The notes below the pieces were generated by a model. It was given only the letters and a program-made list of their open reading frames with translations, did not search any database and was not told the DNA's origin. A DNA stretch of 64,000 bases from Alphaproteobacteria bacterium 46_93_T64 (GTDB taxonomy: Bacteria > Pseudomonadota > Alphaproteobacteria > Sneathiellales > Sneathiellaceae): contig MAAN01000020.1 in the NCBI GenBank assembly GCA_002163135.1, forward strand, positions 9,250 to 73,249, read 5' to 3'. The translations under genes and the position numbers were made by a program. This document shows positions 39,030 through 48,338 of this stretch, in pieces. Numbering within the stretch: position 1 is the first letter of the stretch; every line of letters begins with the position of its first letter.

Positions 39030-39036
39030 TCAGAGT

Positions 39037-39456
39037 ATGTCGACTATCAACGGAAAAGAAAGCGCCCCACGTGTTGGGTGCGGCGCCCTCATCGAAAACG
39101 AGAGCGGTGAAATTCTGCTTGTAAAGCGGAAACGCGCCCCGGAAAAAGATCATTGGGGATTTCCTGGCGGCAAAGTGGATTTCGGTGAAACAGCCGAGAG
39201 AGCCACCATCAGGGAGATTTCAGAGGAACTTGGTGTCTCCATTGACCTGCAAGGGCTTGCACATCTCGTGGAGTATATAGACACTGAAGATAACCAACAT
39301 TGGATGGCTCCGGTTTACCGTGCAAAAATTTCTTTTGGCGTTCCTACTATTAAAGAACCTGAGGCCTTAAGTGACTACCAGTGGTTTTCTTTGAACAACA
39401 TGCCCGCGCTGCTTACTCAGGCAACCCTTCAAACACTGAACATTAAAAAAGGTTAG
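39037..39456 (+). CDS. NUDIX hydrolase
   Basis: Nudix box GGKVDFGETAERATIREISEELGV. ATG at 39037. Confidence 0.88.
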   Translation: MSTINGKESAPRVGCGALIENESGEILLVKRKRAPEKDHWGFPGGKVDFGETAERATIREISEELGVSIDLQGLAHLVEYIDTEDNQHWMAPVYRAKISFGVPTIKEPEALSDYQWFSLNNMPALLTQATLQTLNIKKG

Positions 39457-40049
39457 TCTTCTTCCTCTTCTGGATCAAGAGACCGGGCCTCGTCACCAAA
39501 ACTTTCAAATAATCCATTGGGTTCCGTATTCAGTAAACCGCTAGCTTTCATTTCGTCAAACCCCGGTAGATCGCGCACATCGTCCAAACCGAAGTGAATA
39601 AGAAAATCTTCAGTTGTGCCATATGTGACAGGCTTTCCGGGTGTTCTGCGGCGTCCCCGAGGTCGGATCCACCCCGCATCGAATAACACATCCATAATGC
39701 CGCGGCTTAAACCCACACCGCGTACTTCTTCCATCTCGGTTCTGGTAACGGGTTGGTGGTAAGCGATGATTGCGAGTGTCTCCATGGCCGCCCTACTTAG
39801 CTTGCGGTTACTTTCTCTTTCATCCTGTAATAACCAAGATAAATCTGGTGCTGTTAAAAACACCCATTTTCCGGCAAGTTTAGAAAGGTTCATACCTTTG
39901 TGGCGGTAGTTTTTCTCCAGAAATTCCAAAATCGCTGGAATGTCGGCATCATCCGGTAATCTTGCTGCAATACTGAGCTCGTCCAAAGGCTCTTTTGCCG
40001 CGAAAAGTAACGCTTCCGCCATTCGCGTGTGTTCAGGGTTTACACTCAT
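39453..40049 (-). CDS. scpB: Segregation and condensation protein B
   Basis: EALLFAAKEPL...LAIIAYHQPVTRTEMEEVRGV. It overlaps scpA by 4 nt. Confidence 0.9.
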   Translation of the reverse strand: MSVNPEHTRMAEALLFAAKEPLDELSIAARLPDDADIPAILEFLEKNYRHKGMNLSKLAGKWVFLTAPDLSWLLQDERESNRKLSRAAMETLAIIAYHQPVTRTEMEEVRGVGLSRGIMDVLFDAGWIRPRGRRRTPGKPVTYGTTEDFLIHFGLDDVRDLPGFDEMKASGLLNTEPNGLFESFGDEARSLDPEEEED

Positions 40050-40858
40050 TCCTCATCCCTTCTTATTGTTTTTCGGACTTTGATGGGTCCAAATGATTCC
40101 GTTTGGCGAAGTTCCATCCGCCCTTCCTTCACCAGCTGCAAACTTGCAAGCAAGGTCGATGCTTCTGCTGACCTGATAGAAAACGGATCGGTCAATTCTT
40201 TTGGAATGTAAGCACGTAAATCTGCCCATTCAGGCAGTTTACCAAGCATATTTTCCAATCGTTCGATTGCCGCCTCAACAGAAAACACTGCCGACCGCAT
40301 TAACCGGAGCGGATTACGGATACCTTTCCGTTCTTCATGCTGGGCATAGGTGGTTAGCAATTCGCGCAAACTGCATTCGTATTTAGAATGGCGAATAACG
40401 GTCACGCCTTCCGGACGTCCACGCTTTAGGCGGTCTCTACCTGTTATCGTGCCATTGATCAGTTTTTCTGCAGCGCCGCGCATGGCCTCCAGTTTTTTAA
40501 GCTGAAATGCCAACCGTTCTGCGAGTTCTTGTCCGGATGGCCCCTCTTCCCCTTCGTCTTGGGGAAGTAGCAGTCTTGATTTAAGAAAGGCGAGCCAAGC
40601 GGCCATCACCAGATAATCAGCTGCAATTTCCAAACGAAGTTTTTGCGCTTGCTCGATAAACGTTAGATATTGCTTGGAAAGTTCAAGGATAGAGATTTTC
40701 AGTAAGTCGACTTTTTGATCTCTCGCTAATACAAGCAGGATATCAAGCGGGCCTTCAAACCCATCCAGATCGACAACAAGCGCATTCTCCGATGGCACCG
40801 CATGCACATCGCTTGCAAATTTGTTGTCTTTATCAAAAAGCCCCGTACGTTCTGTCAA
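40046..40858 (-). CDS. scpA: Segregation and condensation protein A
   Basis: GFEGPLDILLVLARDQKVDLLKISILELSKQYL. Apparent TTG start. Confidence 0.9.
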   Translation of the reverse strand: MTERTGLFDKDNKFASDVHAVPSENALVVDLDGFEGPLDILLVLARDQKVDLLKISILELSKQYLTFIEQAQKLRLEIAADYLVMAAWLAFLKSRLLLPQDEGEEGPSGQELAERLAFQLKKLEAMRGAAEKLINGTITGRDRLKRGRPEGVTVIRHSKYECSLRELLTTYAQHEERKGIRNPLRLMRSAVFSVEAAIERLENMLGKLPEWADLRAYIPKELTDPFSIRSAEASTLLASLQLVKEGRMELRQTESFGPIKVRKTIRRDEE

Positions 40859-40897
40859 TAAAGCCTACCCCCGTATGGCTTTCAATTTAACAGAAGT

Positions 40898-41590
40898 TTA
40901 GGCGAGACCGGCCAGCTTGGCAATTAGGGAAACCACATATGAGATCGGGCCATTAAACACCCAGTCCATAATATCAATTTCGTGCCCCAGTGATCGAGTT
41001 ACCATTGGTAGCAGAAAAATCACGCCCAGCAGAATTAGAAAGCCAAAGCGCTCCAACCTTGCGAGCGGAACAGCCAAAAAGTTAGGAAGCACCCCAACAG
41101 CCACACGACCACCATCGAGCGGAGGTATTGGCAGCAAGTTAAAAACACCCAGTACCACGTTGAGAATTATACCATTTCTAAAATTATGAAAGGCCCACAT
41201 ACCGACATCTTCTGGAAGCATGGTAACCAAATGAATTCCCAAGGCGCAGGCGAAGGCCAATAGAAAATTCATACCAGGACCTGCTAACGCCACCCAAACC
41301 ATATCCCGGCGCGGATTGTTCAGGCGCATAAAATTAACAGGAACCGGTTTTGCATATCCAAAAAGAAACGGTGCTTTTATAAATATTAAGAGCGCCGGTA
41401 TGAGAATTGTACCGACAAGATCAATGTGTTTGATGGGGTTAAGTGTCACCCTGCCCTGCGCTTTTGCTGTTGGATCTCCCAGCTTCCATGCGGCATATGC
41501 ATGCCCCGCTTCATGAAGTGTAATAGCTAGTAATGCAGGTAGAACCCAAACTGACGCATTGTAGAGAAGTTTCTCAATATCCATAATCAT
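40898..41590 (-). CDS. Site-2 protease family (M50) membrane metalloprotease
   Basis: HEAGHAYAA zinc motif in a TM helix, multi-TM topology and LLPIPPLDGG. Confidence 0.85.
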   Translation of the reverse strand: MIMDIEKLLYNASVWVLPALLAITLHEAGHAYAAWKLGDPTAKAQGRVTLNPIKHIDLVGTILIPALLIFIKAPFLFGYAKPVPVNFMRLNNPRRDMVWVALAGPGMNFLLAFACALGIHLVTMLPEDVGMWAFHNFRNGIILNVVLGVFNLLPIPPLDGGRVAVGVLPNFLAVPLARLERFGFLILLGVIFLLPMVTRSLGHEIDIMDWVFNGPISYVVSLIAKLAGLA

Positions 41591-42621
41591 ACTAACGCCA
41601 GCAACTCGGCCAGCTCTTCCTTCATTTGATCTATCTCTGCTTCAGTGCTCACTGGCGCAATAGCAGAAGGTCCAGTTTCTATCCGGCGGATAATCTCGTC
41701 TGTTATGGGCGAGCACGCTGCTGCTACTTCCCGCATTTCATCAAGTTTGCCAGAACAATGTAGTAAAATGTCTATACCAGCTTCTTGTGCCAGCTTTGCC
41801 CGATGTCCAAGTGTCCCTGAAAGTGCGTTCATATTCAGATCGTCCGTTAGCAAAACGCCATCAAATCCGATTTCACCGCGAATAATATCTTCAATCACTT
41901 TGCTCGATTGTGTCGCAGGGTACTCTGGATCTATGGCTTCAAAGACAATATGCGCTGTCATTCCCCATGACATATGGGACAATTGTTTAAACGGTACAAA
42001 ATCACTGGTGAGCAACTCTTCCATACTCGCATCAACTGTTGGAAGCTCAATATGACTATCCACAGCCCCACGACCGTGACCTGGTAAGTGCTTAATAACC
42101 GGAGCGATACCAGCCTTTATATATTCATCACATACAATTGTTGCAAGCTCAGCAACAATTTCTGGTTTTTCACTAAAGGAGCGATCGCCGATTACTGATG
42201 ACGTTTCAGCCAGCGACAGGTCAAGGCACGGTGAACAATTAACCGAAATTCCAACTGCAGTCAGATCTACCGCAATAAGCCGTGTCGCCAAAGAGACCGC
42301 ACGTCGCCCTTTATCAGGATCAAGATTATAAATCGCACCTAACGTGCCAAAAGAAGGCGCTTTGTACCAATGAGGCGCCTTCAATCTTTGAACTCGCCCG
42401 CCTTCTTGGTCTACAAGAACTGGCGCGTCAGGTCTGCCAACGGCTTGCCGAAAGTCAGTGGCCAATTTGCTTACTTGTTTCGGCGTCTCAACATTACGCC
42501 CGAACAAAATAAACCCAAGCGGCTTTTCGTGAGCAAAGAAATTCTTCTCCGCATCCGACAGCGCAAGACCTTCACATGAAAAAATTACCGGCTTAACATC
42601 GGAAAAATCAACTTTTTGCAA
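41587..42621 (-). CDS. nagZ: Beta-N-acetylhexosaminidase
   Basis: Glycoside hydrolase family 3 N-terminal domain (VLVDQEGGRVQRL, KHLPGHGRG, LLTDDLNM). It overlaps the M50 gene by 4 nt. Confidence 0.9.
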   Translation of the reverse strand: MQKVDFSDVKPVIFSCEGLALSDAEKNFFAHEKPLGFILFGRNVETPKQVSKLATDFRQAVGRPDAPVLVDQEGGRVQRLKAPHWYKAPSFGTLGAIYNLDPDKGRRAVSLATRLIAVDLTAVGISVNCSPCLDLSLAETSSVIGDRSFSEKPEIVAELATIVCDEYIKAGIAPVIKHLPGHGRGAVDSHIELPTVDASMEELLTSDFVPFKQLSHMSWGMTAHIVFEAIDPEYPATQSSKVIEDIIRGEIGFDGVLLTDDLNMNALSGTLGHRAKLAQEAGIDILLHCSGKLDEMREVAAACSPITDEIIRRIETGPSAIAPVSTEAEIDQMKEELAELLALV

Positions 42622-43468
42622 TGAGGCAGTCCTGTTTTTGAGCCTTCAATTTGGTACAGAGCCCACTCGCTGCGGTTTTTTGCTCAAACACCCCAGCTTG
42701 CAAACGATGGAATATACCTTTTCCTTTGATTTCTATACTTTGAACTTTATGGACGATCCCCCCAAGAAGTTCTTCGTGTTTCTTCTCAAGATCAAGCCAA
42801 GCCTTCTCAGCAGCATCAGAAGATCTAAAAGCCCCAAGTTGCACACGATATCTAGGGCCTGAAGTCGCCGCCGCTTTGACAGGTGCAGTAATAACCTTCG
42901 CTTTTTCTTGCACTATTACCGGTTCAATTTTCTTTGTTGCACTGGCTGGCTCTGTTACTTCCGGTGTTTTTATAACTTCAGCTATTTTGGGCGCTTTGGG
43001 TTTAGTCACAAGCTGAGCGACTTTTTCTTCCGCTTTCGTGACTGGTTTCGCCATCAAGGTCTCAGCCTTGTCAGCCCCCTTAGCCATAGCGTCTGTTTTT
43101 GTTTCAGGTATATCAACAGGCGCAGGTTCTTGAACAACTTCTTCCGGAGCCGCCATCAGCTTCTCGACTTTTTCTTCTTCCTTGTCCGCCACTAAAACAT
43201 CGAAGACCTTTTTGTCCTGATGAGGGATATCCATCCCACCGGGATCTTTGGGCTTCTCCTTAACTGGTCTTGTGTCAGCCTTAATGATTGGTGGTGCCAA
43301 CTGAACACCTTTTTTCACGCCCTGATCATAGGCATACCAAATTCCAATGCCAAAGCCGGTTACAATAACGACAGCCAAAGCGGTGCCGAGTAGTTTCCAA
43401 CGATTTAATGTCGGGACATACTCTTCTTCAAAAAATTCGTCATCGTCAAAATTATGGTTGTCGCTCAC
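42608..43468 (-). CDS. SPOR domain protein (bitopic, low-complexity linker)
   Basis: One TM helix, a Lys/Pro/Glu/Ala-rich linker and a C-terminal SPOR domain (RYRVQLGAFRSSDAAEKAW...FHRLQAGVF). GTG start overlapping the upstream stop (TAGTG). Confidence 0.8.
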   Translation of the reverse strand: MSDNHNFDDDEFFEEEYVPTLNRWKLLGTALAVVIVTGFGIGIWYAYDQGVKKGVQLAPPIIKADTRPVKEKPKDPGGMDIPHQDKKVFDVLVADKEEEKVEKLMAAPEEVVQEPAPVDIPETKTDAMAKGADKAETLMAKPVTKAEEKVAQLVTKPKAPKIAEVIKTPEVTEPASATKKIEPVIVQEKAKVITAPVKAAATSGPRYRVQLGAFRSSDAAEKAWLDLEKKHEELLGGIVHKVQSIEIKGKGIFHRLQAGVFEQKTAASGLCTKLKAQKQDCLIAKS

Positions 43469-44550
43469 TAAATGAACTCCTTCGCCCTGTCGATTCCCAT
43501 CAGCTTCAAACTATTGCCGATTTGGGTGTTTACCGCTTTTAATAATAATTTTCGGGCATTTTTATGCCCTTCTTGCCCCAGATAGTCCGAAGACTGAAGT
43601 CTTTCATGCCTATACAAACGGAAAAATAGCAGGGTTACCGACTGTAGGAAAGACGTCAAATAGTTCATATCACCTTCTTCAAGCGCTTTTCGAACGTATA
43701 TGGGACTGTGGCATAAGAGTTTAGACAGTTCCACTTCCAGCCTGAGGGTTAATTTGATGTCTTCATGCCCCTCCAGCAAAAGAGCCCCATCTTCCTCTTT
43801 TTCGTCTTCTGAAAATTGCACCAGAAGAGCGTCGATACGGGACATGGCATACAAAAAACTGAAGGCCGGATTATCATAACTCTGTTCTGTTGCCATTATC
43901 GGACTAAATTTAACAGCGAAATCCGGACCGCTAGACAACAGTGCTAGTTTAAGTTTCTGCTCACCACATTTAGCGAGAGCACCTTTTAAAGAGAAACCCC
44001 TCTGCTCTCCTGCTTGCCATTCCCCCTCAGTCACGTCTGTACCAACCTGTCGCGCCAAATTAGACAGCGCTTCAACGTTCCAACGTTGCCTAAGCGAGAC
44101 GAGATCATCTGTATTTGCAGGTTTCAGGGCAACGAAGGTATCTATAGCTGGAACCCTGTCGCCCATGCAATATCCGACGCCATCTCGACAGATATCAAAA
44201 AGTTGGCTTGCCCAATAATCCGGCTTTATTTTAAGATTGATATAACCGTTATCCGACACTGTCGCGCTTTGGATAAAATCGAGTTTTTCAAACTGAGTTG
44301 TAAATTCGGGCCCGTATTTATCATGTGCCTCTTTTTCATCTGCGCAAATCAGAAGCACGACGTTTGTACATAAATCGCCCCAACCTGGATTTTTGGGAGG
44401 GCGTAAAGTCAGTTTTTGTAATAAACTCTCTACATCACACGCCGTTTGAGCCGCGATTTCATTCAGGACATTTCTTAACGTCTGCCGGATGGCCGATAGG
44501 TGTTGTGTGCTCATGGTTACTTTTTGCTCGTTTTGACCAATATTTGACAA
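43468..44550 (-). CDS. Arginyl-tRNA-synthetase-like protein lacking the catalytic core (Add1-like N-terminus plus DALR-like C-terminus)
   Basis: 360 aa. The N-terminus (NPGWGDLCTNVV...SDNGYINLKIKPDYW) resembles the ArgRS N-terminal domain. The C-terminus (SYDNPAFSFLYAMSRI...NARKLLLKAV...LKLMGIDRAKEF) resembles the DALR anticodon-binding domain. I see no HIGH or KMSK-type motifs. Start is TTG 44550 or ATG 44514. Confidence 0.7.
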   Translation of the reverse strand: MSNIGQNEQKVTMSTQHLSAIRQTLRNVLNEIAAQTACDVESLLQKLTLRPPKNPGWGDLCTNVVLLICADEKEAHDKYGPEFTTQFEKLDFIQSATVSDNGYINLKIKPDYWASQLFDICRDGVGYCMGDRVPAIDTFVALKPANTDDLVSLRQRWNVEALSNLARQVGTDVTEGEWQAGEQRGFSLKGALAKCGEQKLKLALLSSGPDFAVKFSPIMATEQSYDNPAFSFLYAMSRIDALLVQFSEDEKEEDGALLLEGHEDIKLTLRLEVELSKLLCHSPIYVRKALEEGDMNYLTSFLQSVTLLFFRLYRHERLQSSDYLGQEGHKNARKLLLKAVNTQIGNSLKLMGIDRAKEFI

Positions 44551-44627
44551 ATGCCTTTAGGATAAATACATCATTAGCTGATAAAGTAACAAGTTGTAGA
44601 TATTTTTCAGATTTGAAAGTTAGTCAG

Positions 44628-44978
44628 ATGAACGTACCGAACACAATTGAGCCACCGGTAAAGCTCACTGATTCCGCAGCTAGTCGGATTAATGTAATCG
44701 TTAATGACATGAAATCCGATAAAACTATGTTGCGTGTTGCTGTGAACGGCGGAGGTTGCTCCGGCTTTCAGTATAGTTTTGATCTAGAAAATACCACGAA
44801 CGCTGATGATACGGTTATTGAAAACCAGGGAGCGACACTCCTTATCGACAGCATATCGCTACTGTATTTAGCGGGCGCTGAAGTTGATTACGTTAATGAT
44901 CTCATTGGCGCAGCATTTCAAATTAAAAATCCGAATGCAACAGCATCATGTTCTTGCGGTTCTTCCTTCACTGTATAA
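44628..44978 (+). CDS. erpA: Iron-sulfur cluster insertion protein ErpA (HesB/IscA family)
   Basis: LRVAVNGGGCSGFQYSF and C-terminal NPNATASCSCGSSF. ATG at 44628. The 5' part of the 217-aa ORF is antisense to the ArgRS-like gene and was not used. Confidence 0.9.
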   Translation: MNVPNTIEPPVKLTDSAASRINVIVNDMKSDKTMLRVAVNGGGCSGFQYSFDLENTTNADDTVIENQGATLLIDSISLLYLAGAEVDYVNDLIGAAFQIKNPNATASCSCGSSFTV

Positions 44979-45109
44979 GTATTTTCAACAATCTGTCGGC
45001 TTGAAACCTCCTAAGGCCGTAAGCCGCTTGCAATAGCCTTTGAAATTGGTCATCAATAGAGCCATAACTCTGCTGTATCAAAAATGACTGAACAAGGCTT
45101 GTCTATCTC

Positions 45110-45877
45110 ATGAAAATTGCCAGCTGGAATGTGAATTCGGTAAAAGCACGTCTTCCCCGACTAATTGACTACCTCAACGCAAGTTCAGTCGATGTTTTAT
45201 GCCTACAAGAACTGAAAACTGTGGATGAAACGTTTCCACGCGAAGAGATAGAAGCACTCGGATATCATGTAGAAACACATGGTCAAAAAACCTATAATGG
45301 TGTTGCAATTCTTTCGAAACAACCCATGGAGAATGTATTACGCCGTCTTCCTGGGGACGATAGTGATGAGCAGGCGCGCTACATTGAAGCCACAATAAAC
45401 GATGTCCGAATTGCATCGATTTATCTTCCAAATGGCAACCCGATTGAGACAGAGAAATTCCCTTATAAACTTGGCTGGATGGATCGATTGATTTGTCAGG
45501 CAGAAAAACTATTGGATACTGAAACACCAATCGTATTAGCGGGGGATTACAACGTTATCCCACAAGATGAAGACTGTTATGATGCAAAGGCATGGGACGG
45601 AGATGCCCTAACTCAGCCCCAAAGTCGCCATAGATTTAGACAGTTGCTAAATATGGGATATTCAGATGCTTATCGTAGTTTTACGCCTCATGTAAATTAC
45701 ACTTATTGGGATTACCAACGGGGCGCCTGGCAAAAAGACAACGGTATTCGCATTGATCACCTCCTACTGTCGCCTCAGGCTGCGGATACATTAACGGAAG
45801 TTGGCATTGATAAAGATCCCCGAGGTCAAGAAAGACCCTCTGATCACACTCCGATTTGGATCAATCTTGATATCTAG
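45110..45877 (+). CDS. xthA: Exodeoxyribonuclease III
   Basis: MKIASWNVNSV...LCLQELK...GDYNVIP...SDHTPIW. Confidence 0.93.
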   Translation: MKIASWNVNSVKARLPRLIDYLNASSVDVLCLQELKTVDETFPREEIEALGYHVETHGQKTYNGVAILSKQPMENVLRRLPGDDSDEQARYIEATINDVRIASIYLPNGNPIETEKFPYKLGWMDRLICQAEKLLDTETPIVLAGDYNVIPQDEDCYDAKAWDGDALTQPQSRHRFRQLLNMGYSDAYRSFTPHVNYTYWDYQRGAWQKDNGIRIDHLLLSPQAADTLTEVGIDKDPRGQERPSDHTPIWINLDI

Positions 45878-46038
45878 ATTATGCTCAAATTTCCAAAATC
45901 TCACACATCACAAAGCAGATAATATATCCAATTAAAAACAATTACTGCGTGTTAGTAGAAATTTAGGATGTTTGAATTAAGCTAATCGCCAAATAGGAAA
46001 TGTGTAGTTGCGTAGATTAAACTGTAAGCGAGGAAAGT

Positions 46039-47688
46039 GTGCCCTTGGACAAGAAATGGGACGCAAATTTAATAGGCACGTGCCTTGATCAACTTGATCA
46101 GGGTATTAGTGTTATGGATGCAGATCTCAAATTGGTGTTCACCAATCAAAAATTTCTTGAAATAATGGAATTACCCGAGAGCTTAATGGTTCCTGGTAAA
46201 ACTCATTTGTCCGACGTTTTCCGTTTCAACGCCCTCCGTGGGGAGTATGGTAATGGAAACATAGATAACTTGATTGCAGAACGCATCACACTTGCAGAAA
46301 AACGCGAAGCTCATTCATTCGAGCGCGTACGCCCTGACGATACAGTCATAAAAGTCGATGGGAAGCCATTGCCTGACGGCGGCTTCATCACAACATACGC
46401 AGACGTTTCAGAACTGTACCATTCAAAAAAAGCGTTGGAAAAAGCGAACAATCGCCTTGATGAACGGGTTCGTAACCGCACCAAAGAACTTGCAAACCGA
46501 AAAACAGAATTGACTGACAAAGCAACAACCCTTGAAATGGTTATGCAAAATGTCGATACGGGTATTGCCCTCTTTGACAAAGATTTAAAATTATCTTTGT
46601 GGAATGATCGATATTTTGAGCTCTTGAACGGGCTGGACAGCTTTAAAGTAGTTGGCACTCCTATAGAATCATTTATCCGATCTATTGACGAAAATCCGGT
46701 ATCCGGAGAAAATTTCTCTGAAAAAAATTTTTTAACACTCATGAATAGTGTCAAAAACTTTGAACCCTATCGCCAAATCCGTAAGCAAAAAGACGGACTT
46801 TTTCTCGAAGTACGTAGGCATCCGACCCCCGGAGGTCTGCTCCTCACGATTGCCGACGTGTCAGATCAAAAAAATGCAGAAGTGGTTCTGAGGCAAAATA
46901 ATGAAGCTCTGGAGACACGTGTTGAAGAACGTACCAGTGAACTTCGTGCTGCCAAAGAATTAGCGGAAAGAGCAAGCACAACCAAATCCCAGTTCCTTGC
47001 TAATATGAGCCACGAACTAAGAACGCCTCTAAATGCAATTATAGGCTTTTCTGAACTATTACTAATGGACGATTATACGATCATTAATCAGGAGAAGCGC
47101 GGAGAATACGCAAAGGATATCAATTCTGCTGGCGCCCACCTTCTTCAGGTTATTAATGACATTCTTGATGTTGCGAAGATCGAAGCAAATCAGATTAATT
47201 TGCTAGAACAGGAACTTGATCTAAAATCCATTATTGGTTCATGTGTACAAATGGTTTCTGTCGCCGCTCAAAAACAATCGATAAAACTGACAACAGAATT
47301 TCCAGATAATCTGCCATATCTCTATGCCGATCCAACCCGACTAAAACAGGTTATATCCAACTTGCTTTCTAACGCTGTGAAATTCACCGACCCGGAGGGA
47401 GAGATCAGGATTCAAGTTAGCGCCCATACTGATCAACCTTGTTCCATCAGCGTAATTGATACGGGAATTGGGATTGCTAGTGATCTGATTGATCACGTTC
47501 AGACTCAATTTGGCCAGATCCACTCAAATTACAACAGAAACCATCAAGGCACCGGCCTAGGTCTCAGTCTCGTCAGGCTACTGACGGAAGCTCATGGTGG
47601 AACGTTCAAACTTGAGAGCGAATTAGGGGTTGGGACAGCTGCACATATTATTCTGCCATCAGAGCGATTAAGATCTGTAGCTGCCTGA
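46039..47688 (+). CDS. PAS-domain sensor histidine kinase (no receiver domain, no adjacent response regulator)
   Basis: Two PAS-like modules separated by a coiled coil, H-box FLANMSHELRTPLNAIIGFSE and HATPase (GTGLGLSLVRLL). GTG start after GAGGAAA. Confidence 0.9.
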   Translation: MPLDKKWDANLIGTCLDQLDQGISVMDADLKLVFTNQKFLEIMELPESLMVPGKTHLSDVFRFNALRGEYGNGNIDNLIAERITLAEKREAHSFERVRPDDTVIKVDGKPLPDGGFITTYADVSELYHSKKALEKANNRLDERVRNRTKELANRKTELTDKATTLEMVMQNVDTGIALFDKDLKLSLWNDRYFELLNGLDSFKVVGTPIESFIRSIDENPVSGENFSEKNFLTLMNSVKNFEPYRQIRKQKDGLFLEVRRHPTPGGLLLTIADVSDQKNAEVVLRQNNEALETRVEERTSELRAAKELAERASTTKSQFLANMSHELRTPLNAIIGFSELLLMDDYTIINQEKRGEYAKDINSAGAHLLQVINDILDVAKIEANQINLLEQELDLKSIIGSCVQMVSVAAQKQSIKLTTEFPDNLPYLYADPTRLKQVISNLLSNAVKFTDPEGEIRIQVSAHTDQPCSISVIDTGIGIASDLIDHVQTQFGQIHSNYNRNHQGTGLGLSLVRLLTEAHGGTFKLESELGVGTAAHIILPSERLRSVAA

Positions 47689-47782
47689 GAATGGTTCTGT
47701 GTACTTCTAGAAACCATCTATCATATTCTTAGTTTTTCATGTAACATACGGTTATTAATGTATGTTGGAATAGTATCATAGT

Positions 47783-48292
47783 ATGTTGCATGCCTCGGAT
47801 TTAGAAACCTCATCCCGCCTTATTCAAGATGGATATAGTTACTGGAGAAGCAAATGTGGAAATCAGCTTATGCCAAGCTGGTCCGACATAAATCCTGCGG
47901 AAATAAAATCCCTTCTTCCCAATATTGTTGTTCTACATATTGAGTATGATCCACTTGATTTCATTGAGAAAATCACTGGAGAGATGATATTATCCCGAAG
48001 TGTTGAAAACAGTATGGGTAAAAACTGGCGCGACTATGAAGGACGCGGACCCGGAAGCAAAATCTGGAATGTTTTTGAAGAAGTAGTAAATGAAAAGCAA
48101 GCAAGCTTTCATTCTATTCCATATGTTGGCCTTCATAAGGAATTCATGAAGATTGAAACCGTTACCTGCCCGATTTCAGAAGACGGCAAAACCGTAAGCC
48201 GAATTATATGCTTTGTCGAATACGTGCCTTTTAACAATGACCCTGAAGTAGACGAGTTTCTTGACACTTCAACAAATCGTTTCGTTGTATAA
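47783..48292 (+). CDS. PAS_5-type (PF07310-like) small PAS domain protein
   Basis: YWRSKCGNQLMPSWSDINPAEIKSLLPNIVVLHI resembles the stand-alone PAS_5 proteins common in alphaproteobacteria. Confidence 0.7.
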   Translation: MLHASDLETSSRLIQDGYSYWRSKCGNQLMPSWSDINPAEIKSLLPNIVVLHIEYDPLDFIEKITGEMILSRSVENSMGKNWRDYEGRGPGSKIWNVFEEVVNEKQASFHSIPYVGLHKEFMKIETVTCPISEDGKTVSRIICFVEYVPFNNDPEVDEFLDTSTNRFVV

Positions 48293-48338
48293 AAATTATT
48301 TTGTTGCCAAAATGTTCTCATGATCCTAATTTTGAGAA

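Noticed and set aside
44325-44627. 5' extension of the erpA ORF, giving a 217-aa protein
   Set aside because: The extension is antisense to the ArgRS-like gene and has no HesB similarity. The ATG at 44628 gives a protein of the normal ErpA size.
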